A stretch of DNA of 64,000 nt, taken from Macrostomum lignano (lineage: Eukaryota). A program made the position numbers and the translations under genes. Within the stretch, counting starts at the first letter, position 1. Each line of letters starts with the position of its first letter. Positions 37,861 through 50,400 of the stretch are shown piece after piece. The stretch covers positions 20,263 through 84,262 of the forward strand of contig NIVC01003664.1 in assembly GCA_002269645.1 (NCBI GenBank), given 5' to 3'. The notes beneath the pieces were generated by a model, which saw only the letters and a program-made list of their open reading frames with translations, ran no database searches and had not been told where the DNA came from.

Positions 37861-40800
37861 GTGTTTACGTGGACTTTTTGGAAGTTCAGTAGCCTCGTTA
37901 GCTGGACCAACCGGTGTAGGTAGACCACTTAGGTGGACCACCAAATAATTTTGTCTCTGGTGGGGTTAAGACGTTGATGAGGATCTCACATTAATGTCAG
38001 GCGGGTCAAGAAAGGCTTAAGCAATTTTGGGATGTCTAGCATGGATTTTTCCAAAGTTATTTGCATTTCAGTTTAGCTGGACCTCCAGCCTGGTCTACCT
38101 AAACCGAGCGAGTCTGGTCCACGTAAACCGAAAAATTTTAGAAAATTTTTCGAAAATCGTCTGTTTGTGTCTGTTTGTGTCTGTTTGTGTATAGCAGTTA
38201 TTAAGCATAGATTAAATGCAAAACTGAATTTTTTACAGATCATTACCTTACGAACAAAGGGCTATGTTGGCATCATATTATGACCGCTACTGGCTTTAAA
38301 ACAATATGCGTTCAGTTCTTTGACATTCAAGTAGGTACGCAGGTTAATTAAAAATTCTGAAACCTCGTATGCGAAATGAATTTGATACAGTAAACTTTAA
38401 ACTCCATTTAATTAGCTCAGTTCCAGCAATTCCGGTATCGTACTCTGAGCACAGACTCACAGAGTAAGACACCAACGTAAAGAAATCCAATTCGCTAACC
38501 AGATCAAACGATAAAGACTCCGAGACAAGAAAGATATTTAAGTGAAGCTTAAATAGTATTCTTCAATGACTTCTCAAGAACTCCCAGTGGTCCTTGATAG
38601 CCACACTGTGTAAATGCGAATTTCTGAGGCTCTACCATTACACAAGAAGAAAATAGCAACTTCATGAATTAAGTGCTTGCCAATTCTATCCTAAACACTA
38701 TGGGATATCCTGTTCTATCCTCCTCCAATTTTGGAAGAAGAAGATCCTAAGCTGCAGCCTTTCAAGTGCAAAGTTGAAGATGCAATTTACCTAATTGAAA
38801 AGGACAATTCATACATGTACATGCAAAAGATTTGATCAAGAGGACGCAATTAAGAAGGGCCTTTTAACTAGCGATCGGGTCTCTGACTCTCTAGCAAAAG
38901 GTCGACTTGATTGCGGTCCCAGTAAAACTAAGAACGCATTAACAGTCAGCCTAACACTCACTGTCTGTTTGGTCCACGTAAACACATTTGCAGGAGTATA
39001 GGGTTGGAACAGACAGACAGACAGACCTCCCTTTCTATAATTGGCTGGTTAACACTTAGGAGGATAGATCCACCCCAACAATGGGACCGACCGCAGCCAA
39101 TAGGAAACCCGCAAGCGTTCTGAAGGTAAGACAGTGGAGAGAGGGATATATAATGTCTAAGCGGCTGGTCCACGTAAACCATGGCGTAGTGAGACCAGAC
39201 ACAGACAGTTTAAAAGAAAGTACTTATAATCCATACTATACAACTCTAAAGGATTGCAATTGTATAGATTAGAACGGTTTTTTATACTTAATAGGTCTAA
39301 TGTTAATCCTTACTCCAAGTTTCATCCATATATAAATTTATTGTGCCAAAAACTGTAATCTACAACCAAGATATGATGACCCGCAAAAAAGGACGCCAAG
39401 CCTAAAATAAAAACTAAAAAAACACCGTCGCAAAAAGCCACTGCGAAATCGAAGAAGCCGCATCGCCTGGTGAAAATCATCAGTCTGCTCGCAAATCCGT
39501 CGACACCGAGTCCAGAAAAGTGAGTTTCGTTTGATGATCTCAAAGTAGCTAGCTGCAAGGCCTGCAACTCAATTGCTGTAGAGAAGCTGGTCCACCTAAC
39601 CTACAGACACAACTGAATCAGCTCTCTCAGTCTGTTTGAGGCTTTGGCTCTCAGAAGGTGGTCCACCTAACCTACAGACACAACTCGAGCAGATTTCTCT
39701 GTCTGTTTGAGGCTCTGGCTCTCAGAGCCGCCGAGAAAGTTTAGTGCCGAGAATGCTTCAGTATGTTAGAATGCAATCAGAACAGATTCCTAGAAAGTGA
39801 GCTAGTCCAGCATCAAGGCAGAACATCTGGATGTGTAACGAGAGGCTCTCGGAGATTCCTGGCTCAGATTATCGCCTAGAAGTGCTGTAGAATAGCTGGT
39901 CCACCTAACCTACAGACACAACTCGAACAGATTTCTCTGTCTGTTTGAGGCTGTGGCTCTCAGAGCCGCCGAGAAAGTTTAGTGCCGAGAATGCTTCAGT
40001 TTTTTAGAATGCAATCAGAACAGATTCCTAGAAAGTGAGCTAGTCCAGCATCAAGGTAGAACATCTGGATGTGTAACGAGAGGCTCTCGGAGATTCCTGG
40101 CTCGGATTATCGCCTAGAAGTGCTTTGGAGTAGCTGGTCCACCTAACCTACAGACACAACTCGAACAGATTTCTCTGTCTGTTTGAGGCTCTGGCTCTCA
40201 GAGCCGCCGAGAAAGTTTAGTGCCGAGAATGCTTCAGTTTGTTAGAATGCAATCAGAACAGATTCCTAGAAAGTGAGCTAGTCCAGCATCAAGGCAGAAC
40301 ATCTGGATGTGTAACGAAAGTCTCTCGGAGACTCCTGGCTCAGATTATCGCCTAGAAGTGCTTTGGAGTAGCTGGTCCACCTAACCTACAGACACAACTC
40401 GAACAGATTTCTCTGTCTGTTTGAGGCTCTGGCTCTTAGAGCCGCCGAGAAAGTTTAGTGCCGAGAATGCTTCAGTTTGTTAGAATGCAATCAGAACAGA
40501 TTCCTAGAAAGTGAGCTAGTCCAGCATCAAGGCAGAACATCTGGATGTGTAACGAAAGTCTCTCGGAGACTCCTGGCTCAGATTATCGCCTAGAAGTGCT
40601 GTGGAGTAGCTGGTCCACCTAACCTACAGACACAACTCGAACAGATTTCTCTGACTGTTTAAGGCTCTGGCTCTTAGAGCCGCCGAGAAAGTTTAGTGCA
40701 GAAAATGTTTCAGTTTGTTAGAATGCAATCAGAACAGATTCCTAGAAAGTGAGCTAGTCCAGCATCAAGGTAGAACATCTGGATGTGTAACGAGAGGCTC

Positions 40801-43779
40801 TCGGAGATTCCTGGCTCAGATTATCGCCTAGAAGTGCTGTGGAGTAGCTGGTCCACCTAACCTACAGACACAACTCGAACAGATTTCTCTGTCTGTTTGA
40901 GGCTCTGGCTCTCAGAGCCGCCGAGAAAGTTTAGTGCCGAGAATGCTTCAGTTTGTTAGAATGCAATCAGAACAGATTCCTAGAAAGTGAGCTAGTCCAG
41001 CATCAAGGCAGAACATCTGGATGTGTAACGAGAGGCTCTCGGAGATTCCTGGCTCAGATTATCGCCAAGAAGTGCTGTAGAATAGCTGGTCCACCTAACC
41101 TACAGACACAACTCGAACAGATTTCTCTGTCTGTTTGAGGCTCTGGCTCTTAGGTGGTCCACATAACCTACAGACACAACTGAAGCAGCTCTCTCAGTCT
41201 GTTTGAGGCTTTGGCTCTCAGAAGGTGGTCCACCTAACCTACAGACACAACTCGAACAGATTTCTCTGTCTGTTTGAGGCTCTGGCTCTCAGAGCCGCCG
41301 AGAAAGTTTAGTGCAGAAAATGCTTCAGTTTGTTAGAATGCAATCAGAACAGATTCCTAGAAAGTGAGCTAGTCCAGCATCAAGGCAGAACATCTGGATG
41401 TGTAACGAAAGTCTCTCGGAGACTCCTGGCTCAGATTATCGCCTAGAAGTGCTTTGGAGTAGCTGGTCCACCTAACCTACAGACACAACTCGAACAGATT
41501 TCTCTGTCTGTTTGAGGCTCTGGCTCTCAGAGCCGCCGAGAAAGTTTAGTGCCGAGAATGCTTCAGTTTGTTAGAATGCAATCAGAACAGATTCCTAGAA
41601 AGTGAGCTAGTCCAGCATCAAGGCAGAACATCTGGATGTGTAACGAGAGGCTCTCGGAGATTCCTGGCTCAGATTATCGCCTAGAAGTGCTTTGGAGTAG
41701 CTGGTCCACCTAACCTACAGACACAACTCGAACAGATTTCTCTGTCTGTTTGAGGCTCTGGCTCTCAGAGCCGCCGAGAAAGTTTAGTGCCGAGAATGCT
41801 TCAGTTTGTTAGAATGCAATCAGAACAGATTCCTAGAAAGTGAGCTAGTCCAGCATCAAGGCAGAACATCTGGATGTGTAACGAGAGGCTCTCGGAGATT
41901 CCTGGCTCAGATTATCGCCTAGAAGTGCTGTGGAGTAGCTGGTCCACCTAACCTACAGACACAACTCGAACAGATTTCTCTGTCTGTTTGAGGCTCTGGC
42001 TCTTAGGTGGTCCACATAACCTACAGACACAACTGAAGCAGCTCTCTCAGTCTGTTTGAGGCTTTGGCTCTCAGAAGGTGGTCCACCTAACCTACAGACA
42101 CAACTCGAACAGATTTCTCTGTCTGTTTAGGCTCTGGCTCTTAGAGCCGCCGAGAAAGTTTAGTGCAGAAAATGCTTCAGTTTGTTAGAATGCAATCAGA
42201 ACAGATTCCTAGAAAGTGAGCTAGTCCAGCATCAAGGCAGAACATCTGGATGTGTAACGAGAGGCTCTCGGAGATTCCTGGCTCAGATTATCGCCTAGAA
42301 GTGCTGTGGAGTAGCTGGTCCACCTAACCTACAGACACAACTCGAACAGATTTCTCTGTCTGTTTGAGGCTCTGGCTCTTAGGTGGTCCACATAACCTAC
42401 AGACACAACTGAAGCAGCTCTCTCAGTCTGTTTGAGGCTTTGGCTCTCAGAAGGTGGTCCATCTAACCTACAGACACAACTCGAACAGATTTCTCTGTCT
42501 GTTTGAGGCTCTGGCTCTTAGGTGGTCCACATAACCTATAGACACAACTGAAGCAGCTCTCTCAGTCTGTTTGAGGCTTTGGCTCTCAGAAGGTGGTTCA
42601 CCTAACCTACAGACACAACTCGAACAGATTTCTCTGTCTGTTTGAGGCTCTGGCTCTCAGGTGGTCCACATAACCTACAGTCACAACTGGAACAGATTTC
42701 TGTGTCTGTTTGATTGTCAGTTAATTTTATTTTCTACCTTTGTAGGAGCCTGTGGTTGATTTTGTTCGCCTGAGCTCGACGAGACTGACTGCGTTTCACC
42801 GAGATGAAGGTTAAAACGAACTGTAAAAGAAGATTCAAACCACTAATTGACGAGAAATATAGAAAGGTTCATCATAGAGCTGAGCTGACGAAAGCGGATT
42901 CGATGGCTGAGTAAGCTGAAATTCGTGAGAGAGGCAATGACAGATCAATAACAGAAGCGGTCCCGGACCACGGAGGCAGGGAAGGTCCAGGAGAATATTT
43001 CGTAGAAAAATAAGAAGATTAAGCCATCATCTGCGTGAACGAAAAGATGAAAGTCGGTAAAATGATTGGCTTATCATATGATTGCTCACCAACTCATTCA
43101 GTATAATAGGACTGATGTAGTCAAATCAATTTAATTTCAGTTTTAGTAACTTTTGTCGTTATTAAAAATGCCCTTCAACTTCTTGTAGGCTCGTACTCGG
43201 ATGACCTTTTTTAACTAATGGAATCTTACGTTTGTTAACATGTATTTGAAGCATACATTTTGACCTAAATTAGTTTTAATGAGTTTACAGTTAGTATTTG
43301 ATATGATTCTGTATTTATTTTCAAAATGCTTTATTTTCATTCACCTTCTTGTATTCACGCGACGCAACTAACTAATGCGATCGTACATTTGTTTAACCCG
43401 ATTAACCCGATTAATAATGCTAAATAAATTGGTTTGAACTTGGGATATTTTCATTAAATGACGTCGTAACCCTTTTATCTGTTCTTTTTGAGAATTTCTG
43501 TTTTAATTAGTTCAAAAGAACAGTTTAAAGCAATAAATTTTCTACAACGAAAGAGGTCTAACTAAACCAACTGTTTTTTTGCGGTCCACCTAACCCGGTC
43601 CCCAAAACGTAGTTAGTGAACCACCACAGTTTCCCCGAACTGGCTATTCCGTCAAGTTAACAAAAAGATAACCCTAGCTAGCCTTTCGCGTTGTCAAAAC
43701 AGACTCTATTTTTTAACCGGAATTGCGTGGTCCACGTAACGCATTAACAAAACTCAGGTCCCGCTAAACACACAGACAG
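37853..43779. mobile_element. Putative TIR-bounded element body B (~5.9 kb) between (TCTG)n tracts
   Basis: The left end CTGTCTGTGTGTTTACGTGGAC and right end GGTCCCGCTAAACACACAGACAG are imperfect inverted repeats with 15 identical nt. It has many internal GGTCCAC[C/G/A]TAA motifs and no intact ORF. Confidence 0.55.
39588..42710. repeat. Composite satellite: 238-bp unit interleaved with ~68-71-bp short units
   Basis: GGTCCACCTAACC recurs at 39898, 40136, 40374, 40612, 40850 and 41088, a period of 238. The short unit corresponds to the first part of the long unit. Confidence 0.95.
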
Positions 43780-43789
43780 TCGTAAGAGT

Positions 43790-44318
<529 letters not shown>

Positions 44319-44587
44319 CCCCTGTAAGTATGGATATATCAATGAGCAAACATTGTAAAGAAACCCAAAACAGCTGAATATCAACAGCCTTTATCTGCTG
44401 GAATCGCTGGCAATGGCCAGTCAGTCATGGAGGTGACATCAATTTGGTTTTATTTATTAGGCCTGACAGATCGAGTTGATGATTGGCAAATTATTATTTG
44501 TTCGAATTAAGCCATTGGTTTTATTAAGGATAGTAAAAAACAATCCTCCAGCAGCTTTAAAGTTCGAACGGCAGCCTTCATCATCGC

Positions 44588-46298
44588 TCAAGCGGAACCG
44601 TCTGTAGACCTGCCCCAGCGGAATTCGTTGCACTCCTTGGCTGCGCGACACGAGTCTGCAATTGTTTAACCAACGTAGACTATTCAGAGGACTTCGGGCT
44701 GTGTATAAACTACTGAGCGAATGTGCAATGACAGTTTGCGAAATGGACTAAGACTAATCACGAACAAAACCAAAGCCAGTGCACACGGCACTCAGCCCCG
44801 GTTATCAACGCACCAAGGTCGCAGCAGACGCCAGGAGCGGAGCAGCGGCCGCCGCGCTCCAAAGTGCACCGCGGCAGACTGCGCCGACAAGTCAGCCGGC
44901 CGAGAAAGGCGCGCATCTCGTCGGCTCCCGCGCAGTCCTTCCTGGCCGCATTTCCCACGATGCAGCCGAAGTTGCCGCAGCAGAGGCTGCGACCGAGGCA
45001 GACGCCTTTGCCGGATCCGCAGGATGGTTTGCAGGCGCTCAACTGCTTGCCTGTCGTGCGAGTGAAATTCGTGCGTGTACAGTTGTTTGTCTACCAATGT
45101 GTGAACTCCACAGCATTAAAAAGTCGCCACCTTAGAGAGTGCGCAGTAGATTCTAGCTCAGTATTGACTTTTGAGTGACGAGGGATTGGGAAGAGCGGAG
45201 GACGAAGATTGGATGGATTGAAGCTTCCACCCGGTTTTCATTGTTTTTTCAAGCATTAATATCAGAATGGTTGGCCAGGTGATAGACGCAAAGGGGCAAA
45301 GGGTGGCGCGACTTTTTTTAATGTTGTTGAGTTTATTTGGGGGCCATGGTTCACCGTCCCATCCTCCCACATTCTGCCCATTCCGCTGACTCCTGAACGC
45401 GTCAATACTGTACGCAGGCACGCACTCATACACACGCTCACACAGAGTGTACAGCGGCCGCGTCGGACCAGGTGTCATGGCGCAAAAATCGGACGCGTCT
45501 AGCACTGAACTTCTCTGCCCGCGAAATTGTAAGCATTCGTCAGCGCCTATCTTTTGTCATCAAGTTTGATCATTGCTCTGTAGTTACACGAGCTATCGGA
45601 AAAATTTTCACCTGCCACACGAGGTCACGACACTTTCAACTCTTGCGGAGAGAAAGAAACCCGATCAAATTAATAGCTGCTAAGGCTTGAATGAGGCAAC
45701 CGTGATTTCCACCTGATGTGGATTCAAGCAGACTGGGATTGAGGGCGAGAATGTCTAGGATATTCACTGGCTAATTAATTTCATTTTCAATCTTCTGTAT
45801 CACGGAGGGCGAGAAAGGCAAAGCACCAGAACTTCAACGCTTTTGTTTAGCTTGACAGTTTGTACAAATTAGCTCTTACTAGTTCACTCACTAGTTTCAC
45901 TCACTCACTAGTTTCACTCACTAGTTTCACTCACTAGTTTCATTTACTAGATTCACTCACTAGATTCACTCACTAGATTCACTAGTTTCACTCACTAGTT
46001 TCACTCACTCACTAGTTTCACTCACTAGATTCACTCACTAGTTTCACTCACTCACTAGTTTCACTCACTCACTAGTTTCACTCACTAGTTTCACTCACTA
46101 GTTTCACTCACTCACTAGTTTCACTCACTCACTAGTTTCATTCACTAGTTTCACTCCCTAGTTTCACTCACCGGGAAAGCTTCGCTTCTTGCCACCAGGT
46201 GGGCAGTTGGCAACAAAGCAGAGCTCGCACAGGTGGCAAGCGGCCAGCAGCAGGGCGAGCAGCCTCACCCAGGACTTGGCATTCAGCAGTGCAGCCAT
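44588..46298 (-). CDS. Vasopressin/oxytocin-type neuropeptide-neurophysin precursor, 143 aa
   Basis: Exons 46298-46172 (signal peptide, CFVANCPPG, GKKR), 45050-44814 and 44655-44588 have GT-AG junctions in phase 1/1. The neurophysin domain has 14 Cys (CKPSCGSGKGVCLGRSLCCGNFGC...GGRCSAPGVCCDLDSCRAAKEC). Confidence 0.95.
45880..46170. repeat. Variable 11-15-bp repeat (CACT)1-2-AGTTTCA in intron 1 of the neuropeptide gene
   Basis: Seen directly. It abuts the donor site. Confidence 0.9.
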
Positions 46299-46590
46299 CA
46301 AGAGAACAAAGGTGGATCGAGTGACAAACAGTGACAATCGGATGGTTTCTGAAGAGGAGCTTCCCTAAAATTTGATAGATGAGCAGCAACTGACTCAATT
46401 TTCTGCCTCAGCAACAGGTTTGCAGTAGAAGGAACAGTGGGGTCTGCGCTCTCAGCCCCGCGCCCGTTGCCGTCGTATTTATTCACGGCCGGTGGGCCAA
46501 TGAGATTCGTCTGAAATAGAAATTTTAATAACCCTCTTCTAAGCATTTAGTCTTAAAAATGACGATATTATGGCCTTCCGAAATCGTGAA

Positions 46591-47400
46591 TCAGTGACAC
46601 TGCATTCTTATCAGTGACACTGAATCCTTATCAGTGACACCGCATTCTTATCAGTGACACTGAATCCTTATCAGTGACACCGCATCCTTATCAGTGACAC
46701 CGCATCCTTATCAGTGACACCGCATCCTTATCAGTGACACTGCATCCTTATCAGTGACACCGCATCCTTATCAGTGACACCGCATCCTTATCAGTGACAC
46801 TGCATCCTTATCAGTGACACCGCATCCTTATCAGTGACACCGCATCCTTATCAGTGACACTGCATCCTTATCAGTGACACTGCATCCTTATCAGTGACAC
46901 TGCATCCTTATCAGTGACACTGAATCCTTATCAGTGACACCGCATCCTTATCAGTGACACTGCATCCTTATCAGTGACACTGAATCCTTATCAGTGACAC
47001 CGCATCCTTATCAGTGACACCGCATCCTTATCAGTGACACTGCATCCTTATCAGTGACACTGAATCCTTATCAGTGACACCGCATCCTTATCAGTGACAC
47101 TGCATCCTTATCAGTGACACTGCATCCTTATCAGTGACACCGCATCCTTATCAGTGACACTGCATCCTTATCAGTGACACTGAATCCTTATCAGTGACAC
47201 CGCATCCTTATCAGTGACACTGCATCCTTATCAGTGACACTGCATCCTTATCAGGGGCATTTAATGATTATCAGTGACACTTCATCCTTATCAGTGACAC
47301 TGCATCCTTATCAGTGACACTTCATCCTTATCAGTGACGCTGCATCCTTATCAGTGACACCGCATCCTTATCAGGGGCATTTAATCATTATCAGTGACAC
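46591..47400. repeat. 20-bp minisatellite (TCAGTGACACTGCATCCTTA)n
   Basis: About 40 copies. Confidence 0.97.
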
Positions 47401-50400
47401 CACACCCTATCTGTACCAAGCCCCCACATGAAATGGCAACTCTTGAAATGAATTTTTGCCCCTCAAATGAAATGCGCCACTGGCAGTAATCATGCAGCAG
47501 CGAGCTACGAAACTTGCCCGCCGGAACTTTGCCCGCCGAAGTTTGCCCGCCGACGTTTGCCCGCCGAAGTTTGCCCGCCTAAGTTTGCCCTGCTGCAGCA
47601 ATTCAACAGTAACGTTGTTGAATTATTTGATAAACATTCGTCGAGTGCAGTTTTCAATTTCGAAGGAATTTGTCAGCAAGTTCACACATGCGCGGCCAAC
47701 ATTTTTGGAAATTCGGATTCGCCTAATTAGAGACCTGTCTTACGAGTACATTTGTACATTTGAAAGTATGGCGAGAAAGCTTATTTATATCATCAATTAT
47801 CAATACTTTATCAATATGGTACGTTAGGCTGACCTATAAAACGACGGTTTGTTAATTATGGAGATCAATAGTGTCATATGTACATGTAATCAGTGCATCG
47901 ATGCATGCAAGGATGGCCTCAGGACTTCCTTCTGACGTCTCAAAAGCTTGGGTGCGAACACGCCTGCATGACAACTGAATCCAAGACGCCAGGCGTCCCG
48001 TACAGCAAACCAACGTTGGCGACGTCGGACGAATTTCACGACGTCTAATCGAAATCGCGGAAAAATATGTATTTTACATTACACCTACATCCAGCTGACG
48101 ACGTCGGATTATTGTACGGGCGGTACAGGGAACTAGACGAAACACGCCCCTGTGTCGGTTGACTCGGCGCTGATGATTTGGCCTGCCGGTTGAAGCCGCC
48201 GACGGCGCAAGAAGATTGCTTGGTCGGACGAAACCGACGATCTCGAAGGCGGCTTGCTGAGCTCACAGCAAAATCACTTTAGAATTGTTAAAAGTGGGTT
48301 TTTACGACTCAAAGCCACATGTAACGACAACTTAAAGTAATGTGATAAGATAGTTGGCATGAGAGGCTTTCAGGACAATTTTACTGCCTCCATAATCACA
48401 TATTAATTCTATCTGTATTAACCCGCCATGAAATCAGCAAAGGGAAAATTATCCTGTTAAAAGATTTTTGAAATAAGACGTCGACCCACTTTTTACCGAA
48501 AAATCGACCCCAAAGTAACCTCCGATACTTAAAGTGCCGGAAGTTTGCATAACACTGTTTATAATAAAAGCGGTAATACCGAATTTAGTGTAATCATTAC
48601 TATATAATAAGAGTATTAAAAATACAGCAAAAAATTGAAGTAAAATAATAGGTAAAACTTAGAGTAGCATCTTTTTAAGTGATGTTTATTTAATTTCTAA
48701 TTCGAAAAGTAAAAAAAGCGTGCTTTAGGCCAATCAGCTCACTCACTCGACCAAGACCTGATCAATTTAAGTAAATGCCATCAGTGTCAATGTTACCTGG
48801 TAAAGGTGCAGGACTCAGGAGCTTGTGGTGTTCGTTTCTGTACGTCGTATTTACAAGATTTTTTACTTGTTTATGCATTATTACTAGATATTTTCTTTTT
48901 GTTTGTATGCTTTTTGTGTAATATTTTCTGCACACACAAGTTTGCTTGCTAGTTTCGCATTCATACTTTGGTCTCAAAACATTAATATTATTAGTTTTCA
49001 TTGATTCAATTACTTCAAACAATTTATGACTGAATGTCTCTTAGCATTTAATTTATTGTATTGACCATTTTTGTAACAAGTTAGAAACTAATGCTCTAAA
49101 GAGGGCAATATAATATTCTACATTCAATATATGCATAAATTAAATGCAAAAACCTCAATAGATTTTTTTCACATTCTATAAATATAAGATTTAGTTTTCC
49201 TAGTATAAGCTTAATTTTAAAATAAGACATTGCTAATATCTGGGATAGATATTAGATAACTTATAAATTTTATTTTATGCTTTCAAATTTTAAATATCTG
49301 GAATTGTTTTATTTAAGACAGAACTTATAGCCTAATATTTAACTTTCATATTGCCTAGTATAAACAATACAGAATTTTTTCTTTAAAATCATTAAAAAAA
49401 TAGGTATAGCTATAGTTTGCTAACTTCTATTTACAAAGACAGATCACTTAATGTATCTATATCTAAGCTCCTTATTAGCTTTTGCATTTAAAACTCTACC
49501 TTGGCATATATAAAATAGTTCTAAATTGACAAGAATTTGTAAAGGCATATTAATCTAAACCAGTTTAAAAAAACAAAATAAAATGTTTTATTTAGCAAGA
49601 TAGATTAGTTTTAAGATGGAGTAAGAAAGCAATTTTTAATAAATAAACTAAGTATTTTCGTAATTATTATACTTTGGAATCTTTTATCCATAGTGCCTAT
49701 AAGCTTTATATCAAATTAGTTTCCTTTCTATTATGCTGCTTAACATTCTTATCCTGTATAATATTTTATCCCCTTAGGCAATGCCACACCATGTCATATC
49801 ACCATCCTGCGTAAGTTCATTTTCATTTTCTAGAGATGTTATTATTCAGAAATTCCAGGGTTCAAGAAGGACAAATTGAGCAAACAAACATAGCAGTAGA
49901 GGGGATAAGAAATTTACTTGCTCCCCCTGGATTTCTGCTTGCTCAGTCTGGAGTTTCAACAATTGGCTTTATTTTGGCAAGATTTTTGTGTTTTTATCTT
50001 TCTGTTTTTTTTTATTTTGTCTCACTGGCCCGCTCAATATCTGTAAAGAGAGGCTTAGTGAAGCACAGTAACTCAATGCAACTGACTCTTGCGCCACAAC
50101 CCCTACTTTGATTGCGTGTGTGGCCACATTCATCTGGGGCTTGTGCACCAAAAATTGACCATGACAAATGTGCTGCTATTCACATCCATGAGAGCCGATT
50201 CCTGTACATTTGCCTGAAGATTCATGTCAGGGCGGCTGTACACCCTGTGTGAGCGTGTGTATGAGTGCGTGCCTGCATAGAACAGGCAGAATTTCCGTTG
50301 GCGCTGGTTGTAAGACGATGTTGCCTAAGGCATGTCGCCAGGGTGCCCACAGCCCTGCCAATATTTATTTGTCTATAAAGTCTAAATTTGTCTGATGCTC

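Noticed and set aside
39588-42710. CRISPR-like appearance of repeated GGTCCACCTAACC blocks
   Set aside because: The intervening sequences are themselves repeated rather than unique spacers, the context is eukaryotic, and there are no cas genes.
42985-43060. GEYFVEK, a possible second chromodomain start in body B
   Set aside because: Followed immediately by stops, with no KW or NTWEP motif downstream. Too weak to call.
45125-45240. Apparent exon with donor AAG|GTGGCG upstream of neurophysin exon 2
   Set aside because: No frame yields a signal peptide or nonapeptide compatible with the acceptor. The true exon 1 is at 46298-46172.
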